This document shows positions 9,901-19,446 of a stretch of DNA of 29,334 nt, one piece after another. Below the pieces are notes generated by a model. The model had not been told where the DNA came from. It saw nothing but the letters and a program-made list of their open reading frames with translations, and searched no databases. The stretch's first letter is position 1. Every line of letters begins with the position of its first letter. This DNA is from Octopus sinensis (lineage: Eukaryota). The DNA lies in assembly GCF_006345805.1 (NCBI RefSeq), contig NW_021833151.1, positions 1 to 29,334 of the forward strand, in the 5' to 3' direction. The position numbers and the translations under genes were made by a program.

Positions 9901-10368
9901 TTTTTCCTCTGGTTCTCCTGCAATTTCTTTAATTAGGTACTTCCGAGGAAGTATGGGTGCCGCTAAAGATATCCATTTCGAATGTATTTCAGCATATTTT
10001 TCGCATTTATATGCCTTCCAGAAGTTTTGTTTTCTTATGTTAAGGAGTTTTTTCCATGTCTTCTGTATCTCTTCTCTTTTTCGGTGTGCCTCTTTTTCCA
10101 GATTTCTTTCGTTTATTTCTGACATCCAAGGAGGTTGTGGTAGGCTTTCTCTTGTAGATTTTATAATTGTTGGTATCATTTCAGCTAAATTCTTAATTTC
10201 AGAGTTTATGTGTTCATTTCCAAGTTTTCCGTCTGTAGACTGTTTTTCTATTTCCTTTAAAATAGAGGATTGTGTGTCAATCATCGTGATGAGTGTTGAT
10301 AATTTCGATGAAATTTCCATTAGAATTCTTTCTGATTCTGTTAATTTTGTTTGTTGCTTTCCAGACAT
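6850..10368 (-). CDS. PLE polyprotein: N-terminal helical domain, reverse transcriptase and GIY-YIG endonuclease; broken by about 7 single-base frameshifts
   Basis: Motifs KIINLS, LSKGLKFTP, KQADKGGAIVIM, FYGLPKIHK, RPIIAG, SFDV-SLYTNIP, GTAMGTRFAP, RYLDDCF, LPFLD, SCHP, Cys linker CNDSRCGTC, NLIYCIKCPNCEEIYVGQT..R..H..H. The true C-terminus KFEPKLNRQ is restored by the copy at 11117-11237. Confidence 0.95.
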
Positions 10369-10571
10369 GTTGGCATATACACAATAGGAATATAGAATAT
10401 ATATATATGGGTTGTGTGATTGTGTATAGAAGAATATATTAATAAAAAGAATTCCAACCTTGTCTGATTTTCACGTTTTATTTACAATCTTATAATGATA
10501 TATTATAAGATAATATATTATAATTGAATAAAATAAAATGAAATAGTAGAATGTTAAATATTCATTCTGAT

Positions 10572-10616
10572 TGAACTAGTACTTTCATGCATTGAATTCT
10601 GCAATCTTCGGGTTCA
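10572..10616 (-). ncRNA. Minimal hammerhead ribozyme motif, copy 2
   Basis: TGAAC-CCGAAGA-T-TGCA gaattcaa TGCA-T-GAAA-GTAC-TA-GTTCA; palindromic AGTACT stem III. Confidence 0.8.
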
Positions 10617-10674
10617 TGTAGTAGTGTTGACAGTCATGCTTCACACATTTTTGACTGTAGCAAGATGATTGATT

Positions 10675-10800
10675 CTGTGCTATAAATACAGCTGGGTAGG
10701 CTCCAGAGTGCTAGGTTTTGCAAACTGTATTCTGACCAATCAGTGTGTAGTATCACTCAATTACTTAAGCTGATTGGTTGGTTGAGCTGATTGGTTTAGG
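10675..10800 (-). promoter_or_regulatory. Putative pseudo-LTR promoter (three CCAAT boxes and a TATA-like box)
   Basis: AACCAATCAGCT twice, one inverted CCAATCAG, then TATTTATAG about 65 nt upstream of the hammerhead. Repeated at about 6410-6535 and 12490-12610. Confidence 0.55.
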
Positions 10801-11263
10801 CATCACGCTTTGTTGGACATGTCAAGAGTCCTGTATCTTGACCCTGGCCGAAGCAGCAATTGTTGGGTTATTTTAGAAATGTTGTAAATATCCTTTGTCA
10901 GAGATTTTTATATTTTTATATTTCAATTGTCATCATCATCATTGTCAGCACCTTAATTATTGTTGCTAGTGGTGATGGTTATGGCAATAGAACTTTTAAC
11001 CCTAAATAAGATAATTTTCCTGCTATCTTCGTCTTGATCACCTTTAGTATTGTTGTTGTTGTTAGTGGTCATGGTCGTAGCAGTGGAAGTAATACCTCTA
11101 AGTATTATTATTATTATTATTGCCTATTTAGCTTGGGTTCGAATTTATCAATAAAATTCTTTTCTCTGATTTTCCTCTCGATTTCACTTGGGCTGTGTAA
11201 TTTGTAGAATGGAAATATTATATATATTTTCCGACCATTATTATTATATATTATATATATTTT

Positions 11264-12852
11264 CTGGATATAATGGTAATTAAAAAAGACACCACCATCA
11301 CCACAGATATATACTATAAACACACAGACACACATCAATACCTAAATTTTAAGTCGTGCCATCCACCACATACAAAACGTAACATCCCATACTGCCTAGC
11401 CAGAAGAATTTGTACTATTGTAGAAGATGCAAATATCAGGAACAAACGCCTAATAGAACTAAGAGAATTTTTGCTCAAACAAAAATACCCATCTCTACTT
11501 ATAGAAAATGGCATACAGCGGGCTATAAAAATACCTATACAACAACTTAGGACAACCCAAGGAAGAGGAAAACAAGAACAAGTCATACCATTCATAGTGA
11601 CACACAACCCATGTCACCAGAATATCTTCAACATTGCCAAAGCAAACCTACCAATCATTGCCCAAAGTAATGAATTAAAAGACATAATCACAGATCGAGC
11701 TATGGTGCTTAGTAAAAGACAGCCTAAAAACTTGAAAATTACTAACAAAGGCAAAATTTGACCTCAGCAACAAAGACCAAACATTCACGGTATCTAAATG
11801 CAATGATAGCCGATGTGGCACATGCCAATTCATACATACCGGTCAATATATAAACACAAAACCGGGAAAATATTCACAACGCGAATATGAACTGCAAAAG
11901 CAGAAATTTAATTTACTGCATCAAATGCCCAAATTGTGAAGAAATATATGTAGGTCAGACGGGAAACGCACTATTAGAACGCTCACGTGTACACCGGCAA
12001 CAGATTAGAGACCCAGAGGTCCGTCAGATACCTTTGAGTAACCACCTAGCAACATGTGGTCGGAAAATATATATAATATTCCATTCTACAAATTACACAG
12101 CCCAAGTGAAATCGAGAGGAAAATCAGAGAAAAGAATTTTATTGATAAATTCGAACCCAAGCTAAATAGGCAATAATATAATAATAATACTTAGAGGTAT
12201 TACTTCCACTGCTACGACCATGACCACTAACAACAACAACAATACTAAAGGTGATCAAGACGAAGATAGCAGGAAATTATCTTATTTAGGTTAAAAGTTC
12301 TATTGCCATAACCATCACCACTAGCAACAATAATTAAGGTGCTGACAATGATGATGATGACAATTGAAATATAAAAATATAAAAATCTCTGACAAAGGAT
12401 ATTTACAACATTTCTAAAAATAACCCAACAATTGCTGCTTCGGCCAGGTCAAGATACAGGACTCTTGACATGTCCAACAAAGCGTGATGCCTAAACCAAT
12501 CAGCTCAACCAACCAATCAGCTTAAGTAATTGAGTGATACTACACACTGATTGGTCAGAATACAGTTTGCAAAACCTAGCACTCTGGAGCCTACCCAGCT
12601 GTATTTATAGCACAGAATCAATCATCTTGCTACAGTCAAAAATTGTGAAGCATGACTGTCAACACTACTACATGAACCCGAAGATTGCAGAATTCAATGC
12701 ATGAAAGTACTAGTTCAATCAGAATGAATATTAACATTCTACTATTTCATTTTATTTTATTCAATTATAATATATTATCTTATAATATATCATTATAAGA
12801 TTGTAAATAAAACGTGAAAATCAGACAAGGTTGGAATTCTTTTTATTAATAT
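11264..12852 (+). mobile_element. Inverted, 5'-truncated second copy of the PLE (RT thumb, endonuclease and pseudo-LTR)
   Basis: Reverse complement of about 6170-7766; ORFs 11273..11761 and 11887..12165 repeat parts of ORF 6861..7790. Confidence 0.96.
12673..12717 (+). ncRNA. Minimal hammerhead ribozyme motif, copy 3
   Basis: Identical to copy 2; predicted cleavage after CUA at 12712. Confidence 0.8.
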
Positions 12853-12873
12853 ATATATATATATATATATATA

Positions 12874-13283
12874 GGAGTGGCTGTGTGGTAAGTAGCTTGC
12901 TAACCAACCACATGGTTCCGGGTTCAGTCCCGCTGCGTGGCATCTTGGGCAAGTGTCTTCTGCTATAGCCCCGGGCCGACCAATGCCTTGTGAGTGGATT
13001 TGGTAGACGGAAACTGAAAGAAGCCTGTCGTATATATGTATAGATATATAAGTGTGTGTGTATATGTTTGTGTGTCTGTGTTTGTCCCCCTAGCATCGCT
13101 TGATAACCGATGCTGGTGTGTTTATGTCCCCGTTTACTTAGCGGTTCGGCAAAAGAGACCGATAGAATAAGTACTAGGCTTACAAAGAATAAGTCCCGGG
13201 GTCGAGTTTCTCGATTAAAGGCGGTGCTCCAGCATGGCCGCAGTCAACTGACTGAAACAAGTAAAAGAGTAAAGAGTAAAGAG
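12874..13283 (+). mobile_element. SINE family A, full length (tRNA-derived head, internal TA/TG microsatellite, AAAGAGT tail)
   Basis: A box TGGCTGTGTGG, B box GGTTCAGTCC, 3' hairpin CAGTC-AACT-GACTG; many copies in the window. Confidence 0.92.
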
Positions 13284-13442
13284 AGTATACATATATATGT
13301 ATATATATATGTATGTATATGTGTATGTATGTATATATATATATACATACATATATATGTATATATACATATATATGTATATATATATATATATGTAAAT
13401 ATATGTGTATGTATGTATGTATATATATATATATATATATAT

Positions 13443-13577
13443 ATTCTTTTACTTGTTTCAGTTTTGTCTGCGGCCATGACGGAGCACCGCTTTAAAGCGA
13501 TTTTAGTCGAAGAAATCGACCCAAGGTCTTATTCTTTGTAAGCCTAGAACTTATTCTATCGGTCTCTTTTGCTGAAC
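13443..13577 (-). mobile_element. SINE family A 3' fragment
   Basis: Reverse complement of about 13145-13270. Confidence 0.85.
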
Positions 13578-13609
13578 TCTGTGTGTGTGTGTTATTGTTG
13601 TTGTTGTTG

Positions 13610-13792
13610 TTGTATTTCGGGATGGTTATTAATTTCTTTTTTTTTTGCCAAATAAACACGCACCATATATTCGTTCTTCACTCGTTTATTACTGTTCTTA
13701 TTCTAACTCTAAATGAGTTAAGATCGAATATATAGAGCGTGTTTATCTGGTAAAAACAAAAAAATAATAATAATGACCATCCCAAAATACAA
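13610..13792. mobile_element. Fold-back MITE-like element with ~70-bp imperfect inverted arms
   Basis: TTGTATTTCGGGATGGTTATTA...ATAAACACGC..ATATATTCG versus CGAATATAT..GCGTGTTTAT...TAATGACCATCCCAAAATACAA. Confidence 0.7.
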
Positions 13793-14228
13793 TATTTGTT
13801 TCAACACACGACTTCACATCAAGAATCTGACAACACGGCCGCAGTCACATGACTGAAACAAATAAAAGAATTAAAGAATATATACACATAACAAGAACAT
13901 GTACTATACAAATACACAAACGGTTATGTAAAATACATATACACACAAGGATATGTAATAAACATTCACACAGACACACACGTATAGTTCTATAATGTAC
14001 AGACACACCCCATGGATGTGAAATATACACTCACTAGCACACATGTGAAACATACAGACGCACACATCCATGTATAAGCGTAGAAAATACATGTACATAC
14101 ATGTGGTATAAATGTGAGAATCGGTGTGTGTGTGTATGTGTGTGCGAAGCCTTGTGGGTTGATTTGGTAGATGGAAACTGAAAGAAGCCCGCCGTGCCTG
14201 TGTAGGGGTGTGTGCATGTGTATACATA

Positions 14229-14605
14229 GGTGCAGGCGTGGCTGTGTGGTAAGCTTGCTTCACAACCACATGGCTTCAATAGAGTTCCACTGTGTGGTAC
14301 CTTGGACAAGTGTCTTAAGGCGGCGAGCTGGCAGAAACGTTAGCACGCCGGGCGAAATGCGTAGCCGTATTTCGTCTGCCGTTACGTTCTGAGTTCAAAT
14401 TCCGCCGAGGTTGACTTTGCCTTTCATTCCTTTCGGGGTCGATAAATAAAGTACCAGTTTCGCACTGGAGTTGATGTGATCGACTTAATCCCTTTGGTCT
14501 GTCCTTTGGTCTGTGGGTAGTAAACAAATATATTATAGCCTCGAGCCGACCAAAGCCTTGTGACTGGATTCGGTACACGGAAACTGAAAGAAGCCTGTCG
14601 TGTAT
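14229..14605 (+). mobile_element. SINE family A 5' half interrupted by a family B SINE
   Basis: The A sequence stops at AAGTGTCTT (14316) and resumes at TATAGCCTCGAGCCGACCAAAGCC (about 14534). Confidence 0.85.
14317..14530 (+). mobile_element. SINE family B (tail type 1), nested
   Basis: AAGGCGGCGAGCTGGCAGAAACGTTAG head, GAGTTCAAATTCC B box and GACTTTGCCTTTCAT..GGGGTCGATAAA..AGTACC central domain. Confidence 0.9.
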
Positions 14606-15118
14606 ATATGTGTGTGCGTGCTAAAGGTCCCCACGACCCAGATATGGTGGTACTGAGTTAAATTGGGTAACAGTCTACCATATACCATTCGGTAGTTCAA
14701 AGTGCAATGAACCGGAACAAATACTGCAACTTACCATCAATTTCCTCAAACCACTACTCTGGAATGATACTATATTTTAACGACCCCGAAAGGGATGAAA
14801 GATGAAGTTCACCTCTGAAAAATTTGAACTCAGAGGGCAGAGTTGGGATAAATACCACATGACTGATACGTTAATAATTCCGCCTGTCAAATTAAGTTGT
14901 CCTGTACTTTATCTTTACGACCTTTCATCCATCTCGTTGCTCGCTCTTTGCTATCTCGATTCACGAAAGGCCAGTTATCCGTTATAAATGCAATACACGA
15001 AATACATTTTTTGCTTCCACCTATTTAAAATCACATTACAACGTGCTCTGATTTTTTTTTGCGGTGGATGCTATTAAAAAAAATCTGAATATGTCTTACT
15101 CACTGCATTGCCTGGTAT

Positions 15119-15330
15119 GTGAGGGCACATGGCTGAGTGGTTAGGGAATTGCACTGACGATCGGGGGATCACGGTTTCAATTTCTGGATCGGATTGTGCG
15201 TTGTGTTCTTGAGCAAACCACTTCATCTCACATTGCTCTGTGATCACGTGTCCCTGTTCAGACAACGTTAAATTGATAGAGGGAGAGAGCTAATGCGCAG
15301 CACAACATCTGATTTCTATAAACAAGTCAT
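15119..15330 (+). mobile_element. Diverged tRNA-derived CORE-like SINE related to family C
   Basis: GTGAGGGCACATGGCTGAGTGGTTAGG head and TTGTGTTCTTGAGCAA..CACTT core. Confidence 0.7.
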
Positions 15331-16130
15331 ATGCGCAGATTGTTCAGCAGAATCATCTTGCTTGGACTACAAGAAACTACTAACAAGTAAGAGAGTAAAA
15401 TAGTAAAAGGTCGAAAGTTGGCATGGGTGGGATTTGAACTCAGAGCAAAAGGAAAAAAAGAATTACAGATCAAATATCGCAAGGCATTTCATACGACACT
15501 CTTGTAACTCTTTTCGAGTCTGACTCTTTATTTTAATCGGGGGGAAGGGGGCGTGTGTAAAGTATTCAAGTTAAATTTTCGACCACTGCTAGATTCGATC
15601 TCAGAATGGAAGGATACTAATATTCTGTTCTAGTCTGATACCTTTTTTTTAATCAGCCCCAAAGAGGATAACAGTAAAAGTAAAAACGTGCTTGGTTTTG
15701 AACTCTGAGATCCGGAACAAACGTCCTACGCTCCAAATAATCTGACGCTTAAATTTTTAAAAAAAAAAATGAACTTTAAGCTTTAGGCCCAAAACAGTAA
15801 ATTAATAGGAGTTACATAGTTAGGAATTTGTAAGATTAAAATATTATTTTTCATGGCACAGATGTGGTGACAGAACAGGCTTTTAAGCACGTGCATTTAT
15901 TTCTTCCGTGGTATGTACGTAGATCTCCACCCACGCTCTACGCTCGACTCTAGATCTACGAGAAATTACTGCTAAATCTCCATCAATCACACGCGCGCGC
16001 GCACACACACACACACGCACAGATACACACCAACACCACCGTCTTAAAGAAAAGGAAATATACTGTATCATGTTATACTGGATTCATTCTTGCCATAAAA
16101 TAAGTAAAAAGAAATAAAGTAATTAATTAC

Positions 16131-16244
16131 CCTTTTACTCCTTTAATTGTTTCAGTCATTTGACTGCGGCCCTGCTGGAGCACCGCCTTTAGTCGATCAA
16201 ATCGACCCCAGGACTTATTCTTTGTAAGCCGAGTACTTATTCTA
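16131..16244 (-). mobile_element. SINE family A 3' fragment
   Basis: CAGTCATTTGACTGCGGCC..GGAGCACCGCCTTTAGTCG, followed by (AAT)n. Confidence 0.85.
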
Positions 16245-16285
<41 letters not shown>

Positions 16286-16289
16286 TGGA

Positions 16290-16455
16290 AAGGGTCCAAT
16301 CGATTACATCGACCCCAGTGCTCAGCTGGTACTTATTTTATCGGCCTCGAAAGAATGAAAGGTACAATTGACCTCGTTGTGATTTGAAACTAGAAGGTAA
16401 AGATCCGAAGAAATACGTTCAAGCATTTTGTCTGACGCTCAAACAGTTCTGCCAA
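16290..16455 (-). mobile_element. SINE family B, diverged
   Basis: CGATTACATCGACCCCAGTG..GGTACTTATTTTATCG..GAAAGG. More decayed B fragments lie near 345-410, 14780-14850, 15400-15750, 26590-26640 and 28760-28870. Confidence 0.75.
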
Positions 16456-16669
16456 GTAGAACGCCTCTGACCTGATCAATCGAGACTGACCGGAAGTTAA
16501 ACAACAACGCAAGAAGTTAATACTGTAGCTTTTTCTTTTTCTTTTGTTTAACGCCAGTCAGCCTTGAGATTGAGTAGTCGACCAATGATCAATGGCTTTC
16601 CAGTCGTGACTGTCTTGTCTTTTATTTCCGGCATATCGCTTTTTAAACTACACTATCTAATGAGTTTTG

Positions 16670-17091
16670 GGATCTTTTCGGTTTGAACGGTTTTTTCTAG
16701 CGATGTCATATGAAATTGTCACCCATAATTATGACCCTAGTATCGATCTATTGCATTTCAATTTGTTTTAGGGTTAGGGTTAGGGTTAGGGTTGGAGGGA
16801 AGGGTATCTTTTTTTCTTCAGAAATGTAAATATACCCAATCTCTTTCCTAAACGAGGGACATATTCATACGGCACAGAATGTTTTCATCTCAATAAGTCA
16901 TCATTGATTGGTTGAAATTGCAGAAATTGAAGAAAAAAAACAACAAATATCTTACAAACTATAGAATTTTCTCAATAAAGCCAAGAGAAAAAAGATGTTT
17001 TATAAACACATTCTACCAGTATACGAAGTTTAGAAATGTTTAGTTACGTGGAAATTATTTTAAAAAACTGCCGTTCAAACCGAAAAGATCC
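16670..17091. mobile_element. MITE with GGATCTTTTCGGTTTGAACGG TIRs, internal (TTAGGG)4 and an 8-bp TSD
   Basis: Perfect 21-bp TIRs; GAGTTTTG at 16662-16669 and 17092-17099; inserted into a family E repeat. Confidence 0.92.
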
Positions 17092-17429
17092 GAGTTTTGT
17101 ATTAAAATCGTAGGATATGATATGAAGTAAATTTGGCTGCTGTATCTAGTAAGTCGATTAACTGCGCTCAGGTTTTCTTGATGACTTTCAAGGTGTAGAA
17201 CCAGCGTATGACTACAGAGACACGTTTTGAAAAAAAATCCTAAGTAGGATATATTGTAAAATGTAGTCCGGGTGCTCTATGGGATGGTCACGAGTGGAAT
17301 ACGCTTGATGATGTGTTTATGCTATTCGATCAGAATAGCATGGGGTGAAACCGGAACAAAAACGCAGCCCACGAAACCGAACGGTTCATGAATTTTGGAT
17401 TCGGTGCTAATTTTCTCATATTTCGATAG

Positions 17430-17756
17430 ATATGGAGGCCTACTTCTTCAGTACAGTATCCAAACCATGTCTCTCGTTTCTTCTCTTTTCCTCTCTACCT
17501 CTATCTCTCTCATTCTCCCTCTTTTCTTCTTTCTCTCTTCCTCTTCCCCTCTCTCTCCCTCCTTTTCCACTCTCTCTTTTCTAGCCCTCCTCCTCCTTCA
17601 TTCTCTATCTTTCTCTCTCCCTCTCTTTCTCTCTATTCCCAATGTTCTACTCTCTCTCTCTCTCTCTTTCCCTCTTTCCCCGCTCTCCCTGTTTCTCTCT
17701 CCAGCCTTTTCATCCTCCCCTATCCTTCTTTTTATTCCTCCTCCTTCTCTCCCTCT

Positions 17757-17851
<95 letters not shown>
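17430..17851. repeat. Polypyrimidine tract ending in a long perfect (CT)n run
   Basis: Read directly. Confidence 0.95.
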
Positions 17852-17854
<3 letters not shown>

Positions 17855-18159
17855 AAATATCATGGATACAGGCCAGGCATGTGTCTCGGCCATCGTGGAC
17901 CAGATTCTGAAAATTGAATTTTTTTTTCTTCGAGAACAAAAAGGACATCAAGGAATACTCACCACTCCCTGGTAAACATGTGCGACTCACGTTTAGAGAC
18001 CACTTCGCCTCTGAATTTTTTAGGCATTTCTCATTTCACTATCTTCTATTTGATCCCTAAACGTGAAGCTTGACGAGGATCTACCAAATACACACATACA
18101 TACATGTGTGTGTGTGGTGTGTGTGTGTGTGTGTGAGTGTGTGTGTGAGTTGACGTGAC

Positions 18160-18345
18160 TCCATTTATGCTCACACCCACTACCGCTTGACAACCGGTGT
18201 TGGTGTGTTTACGTTCCAGTAACTCGTAAATAACGGATAGAATAATTACCAGGCTTTTAACAAAAAATAAGTACTAGACTCGATTTCATCGACTAAAATT
18301 TTTCGAGGTGGTGCCCCAGTATGGCGCTGCCTAATGACTGAGACA
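18160..18345 (+). mobile_element. SINE family A-related 3' half
   Basis: CGCTTGACAACCGGTGTTGGTGTGTTTACG...GGTGCCCCAGTATGG..TAATGACTGA. Confidence 0.75.
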
Positions 18346-18365
18346 ATGTACATGCGTGTATATAT

Positions 18366-18409
<44 letters not shown>

Positions 18410-18414
18410 ATATA

Positions 18415-18576
18415 GGCGTAGGAGTGGCTGTGTGGTAAGTTGCTTGTTTACCAACCACATGGTTCTGGATTCAGTATCACTGCGTGGCACCTTGGGCAAG
18501 TGTCTTCTACTATAGCCTCGGGCCGACCAAAGCCTTGTGAGTGGATTTGGTAGACGGCAACTGAAAGAAGCCCGTC

Positions 18577-18630
<54 letters not shown>

Positions 18631-18845
18631 ATGTGTGTGTGTGTGTGTTTGTCCCCCCAACGTCGCTTGACAACCGATGCTGGTGTGTTTACGTCCCCGT
18701 AACTTAGCGGTTCGGCAAAAGACACCGATAGAATAGGTACTAGGCTAACAAAGTTTAAGTCCTGGGATCGATTTGTTCGACTAAAGGCGGTGCTCCAACA
18801 TGGCCGCAGTCAAATGACTGAAACAAGTAAACGAATAAAAGAATA
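18415..18845 (+). mobile_element. SINE family A, full length
   Basis: GGCGTAGGAGTGGCTGTGTGGTAAG head through GAAACAAGTAAA tail; preceded by (TA)n. Confidence 0.93.
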
Positions 18846-18869
18846 CACACACACACACATATATATATA

Positions 18870-18900
<31 letters not shown>

Positions 18901-18967
18901 ACGTATGTATGTATGTGTGTATCTACTTTCCGCTTCAACGAAGTGGGTATTTCCGCTCTGCAGTGAT

Positions 18968-19147
18968 GGATAACCTCCTGGTTGATCACGTGACTGATGG
19001 TGGTCCGATACTCCGGTAAACCTTCTTGCACTTCCTGAAATGTCGTTATTGCGTCGTACAAAAAAATTTGAGGAAATCGATGAAAAACATGATGGTGCAA
19101 CCGTGTGTTGGACCACCATCAGTCACGTGACCAACCAGGAAGTTACC
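18968..19147. mobile_element. MITE-like element with ~43-bp inverted repeats
   Basis: TCCTGGTTGATCACGTGACTGATGGTGGTCCGATAC versus GTGTTGGACCACCATCAGTCACGTGACCAACCAGGA; second copy at 23539-23723. Confidence 0.8.
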
Positions 19148-19446
19148 ACCACAGATGTTCAAATGAGAAGTGTATGTATGTATGTATGTACGTATGTATG
19201 TATGTATGTATGTATGTATGTATGTTTTTATGTATGTACATTGATATAATTTGTGTTTCTTCTATGGTAGGCTGAATAATCTTCGATTTGGGGCTAAGTA
19301 CGTAGTTGAATGTATTACTGTAAACGTTTCTAATTATGTTTATCATTGTTGTATCTTTGAAAAACTGGTGCTTCACCGCCGATGATTATGTTGATGATGA
19401 TGACCATGTAGCTATCACAATTACTAAGTTTAGATTACCCCCCTTG

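Larger units (their letters stand above)
10407..11237 (-). repeat. Upstream (5') pseudo-LTR of the PLE
   Basis: Direct repeat of 6144-6968, ending about 40 nt before the ATG at 10368. Confidence 0.95.
6144..12852 (-). mobile_element. Penelope-like retroelement insertion (full-length unit, upstream pseudo-LTR and inverted partial copy) in (TA)n
   Basis: RT and GIY-YIG coding region, direct repeats 6144-6968 / 10407-11237, inverted copy 11264-12852, and (TA)n on both flanks. Confidence 0.96.

Noticed and set aside
6850-10368. Naiad-type selenoprotein PLE
   Set aside because: The endonuclease is C-terminal, the conserved Cys positions use normal Cys codons, and I found no in-frame TGA in the restored frame.
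7195-10387. Plus-strand ORFs antisense to the PLE (e.g. 9794..10387)
   Set aside because: Shadow frames of the real minus-strand coding sequence, with no motifs of their own.
15918-15960. CGTAGATCT...AGATCTACG inverted repeat
   Set aside because: Only 9 bp and built on a palindromic hexamer; no second copy or other support.
16768-16793. Chromosome end or telomere fusion site
   Set aside because: The TTAGGG units are internal to a TIR element that occurs twice in the window.
17960-17995. Possible minus-strand micro-exon (CCAG-GGAGTG-GTGAGT)
   Set aside because: Weak polypyrimidine tract and no supporting exons; such motifs occur by chance.
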